This document shows, piece by piece, positions 1 through 12,455 of a stretch of DNA of 64,000 bases. Under the pieces are notes generated by a model. It was given only the letters and a program-made list of their open reading frames with translations, was not told the origin of the DNA and did not search any database. The position numbers and the translations under genes were made by a program. The stretch spans positions 42,036,001 to 42,100,000 of the forward strand of contig OX597837.1 in the NCBI GenBank assembly GCA_951406725.2, written 5' to 3'. Source of the DNA: Octopus vulgaris. Taxonomy: Eukaryota. Numbering within the stretch: position 1 is the first letter of the stretch; every line of letters begins with the position of its first letter.

Positions 1-138
1 CGATTTAAAAAAAAATTACCATCATTTTTTCCCCATTTTTAATGCATTTTTTTTGCTATTTTTTGGCTATAACTTTCTAAAAATGCTTATATAGTTATTT
101 CCCTTACAAACCCGAGCAACGCCGGGCGATACTGCTAG
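1..138 (+). mobile_element. 3' end of non-autonomous Helitron
   Basis: Subterminal GC hairpin cccgagcaacgccggg, then CTAG|T at 135-139; same 3' end as the full copy at 19383-19895. Confidence 0.8.
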
Positions 139-259
139 TTTATATATAAACGTACAGTCGCGAGCCTTCATTTTATTGTTCCTGTTCTTAATGCTATTCT
201 ATTATCTCTCTTTACAGTATGCTTACTTATGGAATATTTCTTTCCGACAACAGACATAA

Positions 260-670
260 GGTGCAGGCATGGCTGTGTGGCAAGCAACTTGCTCCCCAAC
301 CACACGATACTGGGTTCAACCCCATTGCATAGCACCTTGGGCAAGTGCCTTCTGCTATAGCCTCGAGCCGACCAAAGCCTTGTAAGTGGATTTGGTAGAC
401 AGAAACTAAAAGAACCCCATTGGGTATATGTGTGAGTGTCTGTCCGCCACCAACACTTGACAACCGGTGTTGGTGTGTTTGTATCCCTGTAACTTAGTGG
501 TTCAGCAAAAGAGACTGAAACAATAAGTCCCTGTTGTAAAAAAAATAAAAAGACACACACACACACACATACACACACTACTGGGCTCAATTCATTTGAC
601 TAAGATCTTACAAAGTGATGCCCCAGCATGGTCACGGTCTAATGACTGAAACAAGATAAGATATAATAAA
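260..670 (+). mobile_element. tRNA-derived SINE family B
   Basis: A-box-like TGGCTGTGTGG, B-box-like GGTTCAACCC, core ccttgggcaagtg, internal (TG)n, tail gactgaaacaag; many paralogues in window. Confidence 0.85.
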
Positions 671-784
671 GACACACAAAAGGGCTGCATCTGTCTTTTT
701 TTTTTTACCTATGGCATGTGTTCAAATACAATGAGTCCCTAGTATTATCATGGTTTATCTTAGAGGAAAAAGCATGAAACAGAC

Positions 785-925
785 ACTTAGCAGTTCGGCA
801 AAAGAGACCGATAGAATAAGTACTGGGCTTACAAAGAATAAGTCCCGGGGTCGATTTGCTCGACTAAAAGGCAGTGCTCCAGCATGGCCACAGTCAAATG
901 ACTGAAACAAGTAAAAAAGTAAAAA
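785..925 (+). mobile_element. SINE family B 3' fragment
   Basis: cttagcagttcggcaaaagagaccgatagaataagtac...gactgaaacaagtaaaa matches the family B 3' half. Confidence 0.8.
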
Positions 926-933
926 AAAGTAAG

Positions 934-1378
934 TAGTGGCCCCTAAGGCTGGGAAGAGTGATACAACTGATGGATTTTGGTTTACAAGCAGTGACCATAT
1001 CCCTGGTAGCAGCTCTAAGATTGTGTCCATACCCCCTGGTAGTGCCCCTCTGGCACTGAGGAGAGTGATACAGCAGATGTTTTAAGGTCTCATGGCAGTG
1101 ATCATACTGTGATCAAGCTCTGGATCCTGGGGTTGGGAAGAGAGATACAGTTACTTGGTTTAAGGTTTAAAGGTAGTGTCTATATTCCTGGTAGTGACCC
1201 CCTGACACTAAGGAGAGGGATAGAGATGCTTTAAAGTTTCAGGACAGGGATCACACCATGATCAAACTGTGGATCCTGGGGTTGGGAAGAGAGATACAGT
1301 TGATTGGTTTCAGGTTTAAGGGCAGTGTGCCCTAGAATTAGGGAGAGAGATACAATTGATGATTTAAGATCGAAGGGC
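934..1378. repeat. Degenerate minisatellite, ~75-bp monomer / ~149-bp dimer
   Basis: ggatcctggggttgggaagagagatacagtt at 1122 and 1271; gagagtgataca-like motif recurs about every 75 bp. Confidence 0.65.
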
Positions 1379-1829
1379 CAATGTTTACAACACAACCAGT
1401 ATTCTGGGAGTCAGGAGAACCACATAGTTTATGCTTAATTGTGACTGGAAGTCAATGTCTGCAAGAAAATCGGGGAATTCCAGAGTGTTAATGATATGAA
1501 GGAGAAATGATTGGACAAAGGGGTTTGTGTAGAGACTGTGACAGGGGAGATATGGGTGCATCAAGAAGATGTGGGTGGAGCTAGTATGAGACAGGTTGAT
1601 TCAAAGGAAGAGCTGGCTCTTGTAAGAGAGTATCTTGTTCTCTTGGTTTTGTAACTGAGTGAACATGTTTAAAATCTATAGCATTGTAATCTTGAATAAA
1701 ACATCATGGAAATCTCTTCTTATCCCTTAATCCCCCAAATCTGTTCCTCCACATCTACCACCATTAGTTGAGTGTACAGGAGAACCTGTACAAGGTTACT
1801 TGAGCTGCTATGATATAACAACTGAATCT

Positions 1830-2216
1830 GGAAGCACTCCGTCGGTTACGACGACGAGGGTTCCGGTTGATCCGAATCAACGGAACAGCCTGATCGTGAA
1901 ATTAACGTGTAAGTGGCTGAGCACTCCACAGACACGTGCACCCTTAACGTAGTTCTCGGGGATATTCAGCATGACACAGAGAGTGACAAGGCCGGCCCTT
2001 TGAAATACAGGTACAACAGAAACAGGAAGTAAGAGTGAGAGAAAGTTGTGGTGAAAGAGTACAGCAGGGATCACCACCATCCCCTGCCGGAGCCTCGTGG
2101 AGCTTTTTAGGTGTTTTCGCTCAATAAACACTCACAACGCCCGGTCTGGGAATCGAAACCGCGATCCTATGATGGCGAGTCTGCTGCCCTAACCACTGGA
2201 CCATTGCGCCTCCATG
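1830..2216 (-). mobile_element. tRNA-derived SINE family A (tail type 1), full length
   Basis: Minus-strand head GGAGGCGCAATGGTCCAGTGGTTAGG...GGTTTCGATTCC (A/B boxes); 13-bp TSD aacaactgaatct at 1817-1829 and 2217-2229; near-identical copy at 26499-26881. Confidence 0.9.
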
Positions 2217-3162
2217 AACAACTGAATCTCTCTCATACCACACACACTACCTTCTTAAAAAATTAATGATTACTCAAATAAATAAGAAAAGAAAAAAAAA
2301 ACTAAGCTGTGATGTCATTAAACAGGATGTACTTGATCAGGCTATGACCCGGAGTTAAACAACTTCCAGATACTTTTTCACCAACCATTTGTTGTCCAAT
2401 TACACTACATGTCCTTGTTATGTCACATTTGCCCATGGGCCGATGCTTTTCTCTGTTCACTCCACGATTCCAGTTCATTTGCTCTTAACAATTGTCCCAA
2501 ATTATCACGGTACAAATTACCATTGTACACAGTCAATCGACCTGAAAGTTCATACTCAACTCATGTGCAAGCGAATCTTCACGTGACACAAACAAAATTT
2601 GTCATGCCTCTTACATAAACCTATTCATTCTGTCATTTTCTCAGAAATACAGTGGGGGGGGGGGAAACCTTCACCACCCCCACTTTTGTCACCACTAAAC
2701 CAAGATAAAAGATGACCGAGCATTTTTCACTTTTTTTTTAAAAAAAAAAAAAAAAAAAACGACTACGTAAAAATGGTTGTTCGTCGAATCCTACTTTGTG
2801 GTCCCCCCCCCCCAAAAAAAAGAATTAATCATACCAGACACAAATTAAACTACAATTTTTTTTTTAATATCGCACACTGCAAATGTTCAACCTGTCTTTT
2901 TCTAACCCCGAGCATTTTGTATTGCTGTCATTGTTAGTCCTATTTATTATCAAATAACATTGAGATGTTGCAAATGATACTATGCAGTCAAAGATATGTT
3001 ATAATATCCAGTTGGATATCACACACTTCTGTTTTGAATGCCACTATGATAAAATAACTACAACACAAATATCAACACCATTTAATATTCCCTATATTTT
3101 TCATGAAAACGATTACATTATTGTTACTCTAGTTGTTGTTGTTGTTATCGTTGCTGTGAAAA

Positions 3163-3300
3163 TGGTGAGCTGACAGAATCATTGCTGTTGGAAAAAAATG
3201 CTTTGTGGTATTTTTTTTTAACTCTTTACACTCTGGGTTCAAATCCAACTGAGATCAACTTTGCTTTCCAGGGTCGAAAAAATAAAGTACCAGTTAAGTA
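3163..3300 (+). mobile_element. Degenerate SINE family C fragment
   Basis: ggtgagctgacagaatc...gggttcaaatcc...aataaagtaccagtt resembles the family C head and core. Confidence 0.55.
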
Positions 3301-3549
3301 AAAATCTCCAAGAAGTTAAGGAGACAGACAAAGAACATGTTGCCTTCCCTTCAGCTTAGAAGCTAATGATTGCATTGTTCAATTAAATGGAGTTGCGTGA
3401 AACAATCGTACTGCATTACCTCTGGATATCCTTGTTTCTTATTTTGATTTTAATCACCTTATTTCGAAATTGTATAGATAATACCATACTAAATTCTGGT
3501 CCCTCAACTTAAGTACCATATTCATCTGAATCTATATACATATATATAC

Positions 3550-3603
<54 letters not shown>

Positions 3604-3885
3604 CGTGACCGACCAGACCATCAGATGTTGTTACACATCGCTGGTCACAATGCGATCACACTGTTTTAGCCTTCAAATGATGCCACTTGCTGGCTAAGTA
3701 AGCAGGCCAACAGAAGAAAGAGTATTGAAAGAGTACAGCAGGGATCACCACCCCCTGTTGGAGCCTCGTGGAGCTTTTAGGTGTTTTTGCTCAATAAACA
3801 CTCACAACGCCCAGTCTGGGAATCGAAACCGCGATCCTACGACCGCAAGTCCGCTGCCCTAACCACTGGGCCGTTGCGCCTCCAC
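3604..3885 (-). mobile_element. SINE family A (tail type 2)
   Basis: Same head/core as 1830-2216 but tail tgtgaccagcgatgtgtaacaacatctgatggtctggtcggtcacg; paralogue at 32393-32701. Confidence 0.85.
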
Positions 3886-4924
3886 ACACACGCATATATA
3901 TATACAACACACACACACACAAACACACACACACAGAAGAAGAGTGAATTTTATGTCTATATTTATATCTATCATACACAGACACACATCTGTATTCCAG
4001 AATAAAAGAATAACACACAAAAAAAAGAACCTAGTATCAGGTCAGATTACGACATACATGTATTTAAACCTGGGGGTTGAGTTGTTACAGGACTGCAGAT
4101 CAGAAGAGGTCAATAAAAGATCAGTTGAAGAATGTTCATAATGGTAATAGTATCCGCTAGTATTCTGCTGGAACAGTTATGCAGCAAGTTCGAATTATTG
4201 GTATTAGGTAAAGATGGTCATCATAGAGTGAAGGAGAGGAAGAGAGAGGCGAATGAAATACTGTTGGGGTCTGAACTTTCTGTGTAGCTTTAAAATATCA
4301 CATTTTAATGCTATTAGTAACAACCAATCTCAACACTTTCCACAAAGTTTCTCTCTCACTTGGTAAAAAAAAAAAGAGTAAAATAAAAACAAGAAATAAA
4401 AATAAATAAAAACAAATATGAAGCTATTCTTATTTTATTGACTTTTTGTTTCAAGTCTATTATTACATCAAAGCAGAAGGGTAAGAATTATGCAGTTCTC
4501 ATAGACTCGATTTTATTCGCAGTGGTTTATATTTATGCGGGGAAACAGACCGGTCAGGCAGCTTTAGCATATAACCAAGAAATATTACATCTCTTTGCAC
4601 AATAACAATAACAAAATTTGGGAAGAAGCAATAAAGATTTGAATTGCAGGTGAAGCAATTTATCGAGAGATAACGGAATGAGCACGAAGATATTAGTTGA
4701 GAACATAAACATAGTCATCAATGTAGCTAGGAAAACTACCATCATTGATTTGATCTCATCTTAAAACTTTCTCAATTGACCCTTCCGGAACACTGACTTA
4801 ATTCAAAACCAAAAACGGGGGACTTGATGTGGTCAGTCAATCAGCAAGAAATAACAGTCTTATATCTCTCAAATTATACTATACCATGCTATCTTAAAAA
4901 GAGAAGGAGATTATAGAATAATGA

Positions 4925-5279
4925 ACCATCCGAACGTGGCTGTTTCCAGCGCCGCCCCGACTGGCCTCGTGCCGGTGGCATGTAAAATGCACCATCCAAT
5001 TGTGGCCGTTGCCAGCTTCGCCTTGCCCTCGTGCCGGTGGCACGTAAAAAGCACCATCTGATCATGGCTGTTTGCCAGCCTCGTCTGGAACCTGTGCCGG
5101 TGGCACATAAAAAGCACACACTACACTCACGGAGTGATTGGCGTTAGGAAGGGCATCCAGCTGTAGAAACATTGCCAGATCAGACTGGGCCTGGTGCAGC
5201 CTTCTGGCTTCCCAGACCCCAGTTGAACCGTTCAACCTATGCTAGCATGGAAAGCGGATGCTAAACGATGATGATGATG
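4925..5279 (+). mobile_element. RTE-clade LINE 3' UTR fragment with (GAT)n tail
   Basis: Matches the 3' UTR of the ORF-bearing element at 16289-17320: ~63-bp subrepeats, ggaagggcatccagctgtag, aaacgatgatgatg tail. Confidence 0.8.
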
Positions 5280-5334
5280 TAGTCCTAAGTATGGGTCACC
5301 AATGTTTATTCTGAATGAACATAGATGAAGGTCT

Positions 5335-5639
5335 TTTGTTTGTTCCTTCTCGAGCCATGCCTGGCTCATAATGCCTGGTTTCACGGTTACCTTGGCGTAT
5401 AGGTTCCCCACCTGGACGGAACGTCAGTCCGTCGCAGGTGAGCTGCAATATGCAGGAGGAAAGAGTGAGAGAAAGTTGTGGCAAAAGAGTCAGCAGAAGT
5501 TTGCCATTACCTTCCGCCGGAGCCGTGTTTCGCTTAGGTGTTTCGCTCATAAGCACACACATCGCCCGCTCTAAGATTCAAACCTGCGATCCCTCGACTG
5601 CGAGTCTGCTGCTCTAACCACTAGGCCATGTGCTTCCAC
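5335..5639 (-). mobile_element. SINE family A (tail type 3)
   Basis: Family A head/core with tail gagccaggcatggctcgagaaggaacaaac; paralogues at 12720-13010 and 62362-62665. Confidence 0.85.
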
Positions 5640-5741
5640 AAGGACTTTTGATGAAAGACCTAACTGGTTATGGTTGACCTGGGGGTCAAACTACAACAAT
5701 AACTTTCCTAATATCCATATTTATAGTCCCAACATGCAGTT

Positions 5742-5960
5742 GCTGTTGTTGCTGTTCACACCCAGGTCAGATCTGACAGAGCAGACCTACAATAGAAGGC
5801 ATGCCAGCCATGACCTTCTCATATTTTTCCCAGGTAACCCAGGGGCACAGTTGTCCAATGTGTGACCTTTTCTAAGATAGGTTTGGTGTAGCTTGAAGGA
5901 GATTTAGCAGCTAGATTCAGCAAGTCCAGCAACCCTGTAGAGGCTCCTTCCCTGGCTCAT
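5742..5960. repeat. Old dispersed repeat, unclassified
   Basis: tgttgttgctgttcacacccaggtcagatctgacagagcagacc...gaaggagatttagcagc; diverged relatives near 2230-2365, 4820-4920, 13760-13930, 15300-15475, 34700-34950. Confidence 0.45.
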
Positions 5961-6129
5961 CTACACACAGTGAATAGTGTATGTAGGTGGTGGTGAAACA
6001 AGATGAGTAGAATTCATAATCTTTCACTCACCTATGGTTGGTTGATTTGCTAAAAATAGCAGCAAAATCACATTCAACTCTACCATCTTAAAACAAAAAG
6101 TAAAACTAGATAACAGACTTTGTTGAATA

Positions 6130-6290
6130 GGCGCAGGAGTGGCTGGGTGGTAAGTAGCTTGCTAACCAACCACATGGTTCCGGGTTCAGTCCCACTGCAT
6201 GGTACTTTGGGCAAGTGTCTTCTACTATAGCCTTGGGCCGACCAAAGCCTTGAGTGGATTTGGTTGATGGAAACTGAAAGAAGCCCGTCA

Positions 6291-6325
<35 letters not shown>

Positions 6326-6515
6326 GTGTGACACCCCAACATAGCTTGACATTGATGCTGGTGTGTTTATGTACCCGTAACTTAGTGGTTTGGCAAAAGA
6401 GACTGATAGAATAAGTACTAGGCTTACAAAGTATAAGTCCTGCGGTAGATTTGCTTGACTAAAGGCGGTGCTCCAGCATGGCCAAAGTCAAAATGACTGA
6501 AACGAATAAAAGAAT
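6130..6515 (+). mobile_element. SINE family B, full length
   Basis: ggcgcaggagtggctgggtggtaagtag head to gactgaaacgaataaaaga tail. Confidence 0.9.
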
Positions 6516-6555
6516 AGTTTGCAAAATAATAATAATAATAATAGTAATAATCATA

Positions 6556-6937
6556 ATCATCATCATCATCGTTAAACATCCGCTTTCCTTGCTGGCATGG
6601 GTTGGACGATTTGACTGAAGACTGGCGAACCAGATGGCTGCACCAGGCTCCAATCTTGATCTGGCAGAGTTTCTACAGCTGGATGCCCTTCCGAACGCCA
6701 ACCACTCCAAGAGTGTAGTGTGTGCTTTTACGTGCCACCGACATGGGGGCCAGTCAGGCGGTACTGGCAACGACCTTGCTCGAATGTTTTTTCACGTGCC
6801 ACCAGCACAAGTGCCAGTAAGGCGACGCTGGTAAAGGTCACACTCAAATGATGCCTTTAACATGCCACCAGCACAGAAGACAGTTAGCTAGTCTGGCAAC
6901 GATCATGCTCGGATGGTGCTCTTAGCGCACCACTAGC
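6556..6937 (-). mobile_element. RTE-clade LINE 3' UTR fragment
   Basis: (CAT)n cgttaaacatccgctttcc...ctacagctggatgcccttcc with subrepeats; sister of 30791-31275. Confidence 0.75.
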
Positions 6938-6968
<31 letters not shown>

Positions 6969-6970
<2 letters not shown>

Positions 6971-7335
6971 TGATGTATCAATACCAGCAGATGACAACAT
7001 GTCTCTAAAAGAAATGGAGAAACTTTCAAAATACAAAGACCTGGAAATGGAGGTAACCAGAATGAGGAATCTAAAAACAGAAACAATTCCTATCATAGTA
7101 GGTGCATTAGGTATGATAAAAAAATATTCAGACAAATACATAACAAAAACACCAGGCCTTACAAACACATAGAACATACAGAAAATTGCACTACTGAGCA
7201 CTGCACACAACCTACGCAAAACACTTTCAATACAGTAACCATCAGAGCATCACAACAAATCACAGCACATACCCAAGGCACACAGAGCTGCACTTGGCAG
7301 TGAAGTGAAAGCACGCTATAAAAATAAAACTACTG
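6969..7335 (+). pseudogene. 5'-truncated R4/Dong-like non-LTR retrotransposon (RLE endonuclease C-terminus + 3' UTR)
   Basis: Translates IDVSIPADDNMSLKEMEKLSKYKDLEMEV...IPIIVGALGMIKK...IQKIALLSTAHNLRKTL with one internal stop; flanked by (TAA)n on both sides. Confidence 0.85.
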
Positions 7336-7642
7336 AATAATAATAAAGAGAGAGAGAGAGAGAGTGAGTGTGGATGATCATGGTTGTAATGTCATTGTTC
7401 ACAAGTCTACTTGACCAAAGAATTCATGGAATGAACATGTACATGAGCTAAAACAACAAAAAATAACAACAGTTAAATCTCTTCCCTTGTAAATGCCGAG
7501 TTTAATTTCCCTGCCTGTATATTCTTCTTAAAAAAAATCTCTTCACCTAATTCAACATTATCATTAATATTACTATTTTTTAATTGATAAGCATTTTCTC
7601 TCTTCATATAAGCCCTCTTCCATTAAATAAGACTAACTCCTT

Positions 7643-7675
<33 letters not shown>

Positions 7676-7919
7676 AACAAACACGTCTTCACTATCGTTA
7701 GATTTCCCAATCACTTGTAGTCGTTCCTACGTTTCGTGATTTTCCACCAGAATTATAATTCTTCACATCCGGAAGATGGAAGTTCATTGTTTGCTAAGTA
7801 AAGATAATTGATAAAAGACTCGGAAATAGAAGAGGATAATGGTTTAGGAAGTCTTCCAAGTTCATATTTTCGGAAGAAGCAACTTTGACAAAACTTCTGC
7901 AAGTCTGCTGCGAGATAGA

Positions 7920-8144
7920 GATATATAGATATGTGAATAACTTGTATGTGTGTATGTGTGTGTGTGTGTGTATGCATGTGTATGTATGTATGATTTAGTG
8001 TGTGTGTATGTATATATATATATACATGTATGTGTGTATATATATATATATATGTGTGTGTGTATATGTATATATGTATATATAAAGATATATATATATA
8101 TAAATAACTTGTATGTATATATATGTGTGTGTGTAACCTGTATG

Positions 8145-8182
<38 letters not shown>

Positions 8183-8228
8183 GTGTGCGTGTGTATATAT
8201 ATATACACACACACACTTACATATGCAT

Positions 8229-8276
<48 letters not shown>

Positions 8277-8327
8277 TACAGTTAACAATATGTATGTATC
8301 TATAATTTATATACATATATATGTATG

Positions 8328-8402
<75 letters not shown>

Positions 8403-8482
8403 GCATATACATACACAACTAACAATATGTATGTGTATCTATAATTTATATATATATACATATATATATATATAATATATAT
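7920..8482. repeat. Compound (TA)n/(TG)n microsatellite
   Basis: Directly visible; source of the spurious YI/CV ORFs. Confidence 0.95.
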
Positions 8483-8946
8483 CAGTTTAGTGTTGCTTAT
8501 TGGGAACAAAGCAGACTATGAATTATGTTGACAACTTGATACAATTCAGGAGAATAATTAATATACTTCAGTAAAATATTGGCTGCAGTCAGCATTTTTC
8601 TAAATCAAGTACACACACACACACACACACATTTAAATTCATGCTAAATCCGAATGACAGAGTAGAGGGGGGGAAAATATTAAAGACTGCTACAAACAAC
8701 GACCACACTGGACAGACAATACGATCAATACGACTGTGTCCATTGATCAGCATGTTCAAACAGCCTCAGTGGTGCTTGATACAATGTCTGACAAAATGCT
8801 TAGGAGATTTTCGTCCCTATAAAAGCAAAAGCAGGCTGGCAGAGAAGCCGGACTGATGATGTGAAGTGTAAACATGTTGCACCAGAAGGCTTTTTTTATT
8901 CTATTCAATGCCGTTCCTGCTTCATCATCATCATTATCATCATTAA

Positions 8947-10352
8947 GGTGGTGAGCTGGCAGAATCTTTAGCACGCCAAGCAAAATGCATAACGGTATTT
9001 CATCTGTCTTTACATTTGGAGTTCATATTTCGCTGAGGTTGACATTGCCTTTCATCCTTTCGGGGTCGATTAAATAAGTACCAGTTACGCACTGGGGTCG
9101 ATGTAATCGACTTAATCCGTTTGTCTGTCCTTGTTTGTCCTCTCTGTGTTTAGCCCCTTGTGGGTAGTAAAGAAATAGGTATTTCGTCTGCCGCTACATT
9201 CTGAGTTCAAATTCCGCCGAGGTCGACTTTGTCTTTCATCCTTTCGGGGTCGATTAAATAAGTACCAGTTACGCACTGGGGTCGATGTAATCGACTTAAT
9301 CCGTTTGTCTGTCCTTGTTTGTCCTCTCTGTGTTTAGCCCCTTGTGGGTAGTAAAGAAATAGGTATTTCGTCTGCCGCTACATTCTGAGTTCAAATTCCG
9401 CCAAGGTCGACTTTGTCTTTCATCCTTTCGGGGTCGATTAAATAAGTACCAGTTACGCACTGGGGTCGATGTAATCGACTTAATCCGTTGTCTGTCCTTG
9501 TTTGTCCTCTCTGTGTTTAGCCCCTTGTGGGTAGTAAAGAAATAGGTATTTCGTCTGCCGCTACATTCTGAGTTCAAATTCCGCCAAGGTCGACTTTGTC
9601 TTTCATCCTTTCGGGGTCGATTAAATAAGTACCAGTTAACTGGGGTCGATATAATCGACTTAATCCTTTTGTCCTCTCTGTGTTTAGCCCCTTGTGGGTA
9701 GTAAAGAAATAGGTATTTCGTCTGCCGCTACATTCTGAGTTCAAATTCCGCCAAGGTCGACTTTGTCTTTCATCCTTTCGGGGTCGATTAAATAAGTACC
9801 AGTTACGCACTGGGGTCGATGTAATCGACTTAATCCGTTTGTCTGTCCTTGTTTGTCCTCTCTGTGTTTAGCCCCTTGTGGGTAGTAAAGAAATAGGTAT
9901 TTCGTCTGCCGCTACATTCTGAGTTCAAATTCCGCCAAGGTCGACTTTGTCTTTCATCCTTTCGGGGTCGATTAAATAAGTACCAGTTACACACTGGGGT
10001 CGATATAATCGACTTAATTCGTTTGTCTGTCCCCTCTGTGTCTAGCCCCTTGTGGGTAGTAAAGAAATAGGTATTTCGTCTGCCGCTACATTCTGAGTTC
10101 AAATTCCGCCAAGGTCGACTTTGTCTTTCATCCTTTCGGGGTCGATTAAATAAGTACCAGTTACACACTGGGGTCGATATAATCGACTTAATCCATTTTT
10201 TTGTCCTCTCTGTGTCTAGCCCCTTGTGGGTAGTAAAGAAATAGGTATTTCGTCTGCCGTTACATTCTGAGTTCAAATTCCGCCGAGGTTGACTTTGTCT
10301 TTCATCCTTTCGCGCTGGGGTCGATATAATCAACTTAATCCGTTTGTTTGTC
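8947..10352 (+). repeat. Tandem array of SINE family C bodies (~184-bp unit, ~7.5 copies) behind a single head
   Basis: cggggtcgat recurs at 9061, 9245, 9429, 9612, 9779, 9963, 10137; tRNA-like head ggtggtgagctggcagaatc only once at 8947; junctions read aaagaaata|ggtatttcgtctg. Confidence 0.95.
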
Positions 10353-10836
10353 AAAGATTACAACCATTAGTGTTTTATGTCTGCTTGTCCATGCTGGTAT
10401 GGGTTGGACAGTTTTTTCTGAGGCAGTGTAATATAATCAAGTGTCTTTCCTATTGCCAAGCCTTTTAGTTGTCTCTTATCACTTGCAGAAATATGGAATA
10501 TCTATTCTAAAACTGGGATAAAAAATATTAAACAATAATTTTTAATTTTTAAAAAAAATCATGGCTGTCCTTTTACAGCCAGAGGGGATCCTGTTCTGCC
10601 AATACGGAGACTGAAGCGAAGCTTTTCAGGAGTGGATCCATGGCCTTGTAAAACAAACAGATGCCATAGAAGTAGAAGTTGTTGTTGTTGAGACTATTTT
10701 TTTAAAAGAAGTTTGATGTATGAACAAATTGAGTGATTTTGAAGTAGAAAAAAAATACATTAACAGAACTCCCTCATTGCCAACCCAGCAAGAAAAGACA
10801 AGAGAAAGGAAGAAGCAATACACATCACATCTATAG

Positions 10837-10837
<1 letters not shown>

Positions 10838-10885
<48 letters not shown>

Positions 10886-11030
10886 TATACATATACATAT
10901 ATATATATATATATACAAATATACATATACATATATATACAAATATACATATACATATATATATATACAAATATACATATACATATATATACAAATATAC
11001 ATATACATATATATATATATACAAATATAC

Positions 11031-11077
<47 letters not shown>
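10838..11077. repeat. (TA)n/(TACATA)n microsatellite
   Basis: Directly visible. Confidence 0.95.
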
Positions 11078-11079
<2 letters not shown>

Positions 11080-11721
11080 TGTTTTGGCTATAGTGAGTTC
11101 TTATCAGAATTCTAATAAGGAAAACACACAGAAACAAATCTTAAACATCTTTTTAAAATTTCTTCCATGGAAGTTTGAGGAATAAATAAATGTTATGGAA
11201 ATATTAAAAGAAAATAACAAAAGAGAATAAAAATGAAAAATAATAAATAAATCTCCAAAATGACAGTATAAGGATTATAAATTTTAATGCTGAAAAGAAA
11301 AAAAAATCAGTAAAGCGTTTTAGCAGTGATTACGGCAGAGACAGAAAGTTGATAAAAAAAAATAACTAAAAAAAACAATGAGAAGATCCCTTGGTGCTTC
11401 AATGATAACAAGGAACAGATAAATAAATAAACTTGTGTTTCTCGGGACACTTAAACATGTTAATTGTAAAAGGCCCTTCTTGACGATAAGGTAAAAAAAA
11501 GCATCGCAATTGGTGAGATAGCAGAGAAATATGACAAGTGGTCCGTTTTGACAAGCGCAAATAGGATAAGACCGAGAGAAGATATCAAAGAAATAAGGAT
11601 TAAAAGCTCCTTGAGATTTTCAATGGAATGTGAGCAGACTGCAACTGGGAAAGGAGGGATTGAGATTTTGCAGTGCACTTGACACACTATCATTTTTGAC
11701 TTGGCAACATTTTTCATATAT

Positions 11722-11722
11722 T

Positions 11723-11756
<34 letters not shown>

Positions 11757-11840
11757 TACTATTATTATTATTATTATTACTATCATTATTATTATTATTA
11801 TTACTATTATTATCATTTTTACTATTATTATTATTATTAC
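11722..11840. repeat. (TAT)n microsatellite
   Basis: Directly visible. Confidence 0.95.
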
Positions 11841-12455
11841 TTTCTCCTCATCTTATTTTATGTAAATCCTCCAGAAAAGCTGAAATCTGTTTCTGTAATG
11901 TCCCTGTCGTCTGGCAACCAATGACAAAAAAAAAAAGAAAAAAAAAAAAATCCTTCTCACCTCCCCCTCATCTTCCTCATTATTATTACTATTTCACCTG
12001 AAAAAGAAAGTGTGGGTGGAGGTGGAGATGGAAATACTGCCTCCCTCCCAACAAATTTGTTGAAAGGTGGATGAGTATAGCGTGTACGGTCCAAGTGATT
12101 TGACATACTCTGATCATGCGTATGGAGTAGATTGAAGGAGAAAAATACAGAGAAGGCACTTGTCTTAGAGGTGAGGGCAACTGTAGTTTTCTGGAGTTTC
12201 AATGAGTAGCCCTTGAAAGCCTCCCTCTTTTGGGGTTAATAATCACTGTTAAAAATTTATTATTATTTTTTTGTTTATTTGCTCCTTCATGCAATCTCAC
12301 AGTGTATCATCTTGTAACAACTTTGATCTTTTTGTAAGCCTTTAGCCCAAAGGGAGGGGGGGAGAAAACTTTTTTAGCGCAGCAAGCAAAAATTTCCAAA
12401 GAAAAAGGTCCGTGGACGGATCACAAGTTCTAACTCTTATATTTGTGTAAATCTT

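Noticed and set aside
1830-2216. tRNA genes at SINE heads (A/B boxes)
   Set aside because: No complete cloverleaf or acceptor stem; heads run into SINE bodies, with TSDs and multiple copies.
7753-8418. 221-aa minus ORF, including its unique tail [19 protein letters not shown] after an acceptor-like tcgcag
   Set aside because: Most of it is (TA)n/(CA)n read-through; the unique 55-codon tail has no recognisable motif or partner exon.
8947-10352. Regular repeats as a CRISPR array or hammerhead retrozyme
   Set aside because: No unique spacers, no cas genes, eukaryotic context; no CUGANGA...GAAA core seen on either strand.
11961-11997. 37-nt minus-strand exon (tttttcag|...gag|gtgaga)
   Set aside because: Low-complexity content, not a multiple of 3, two of three frames closed; such sites arise by chance.
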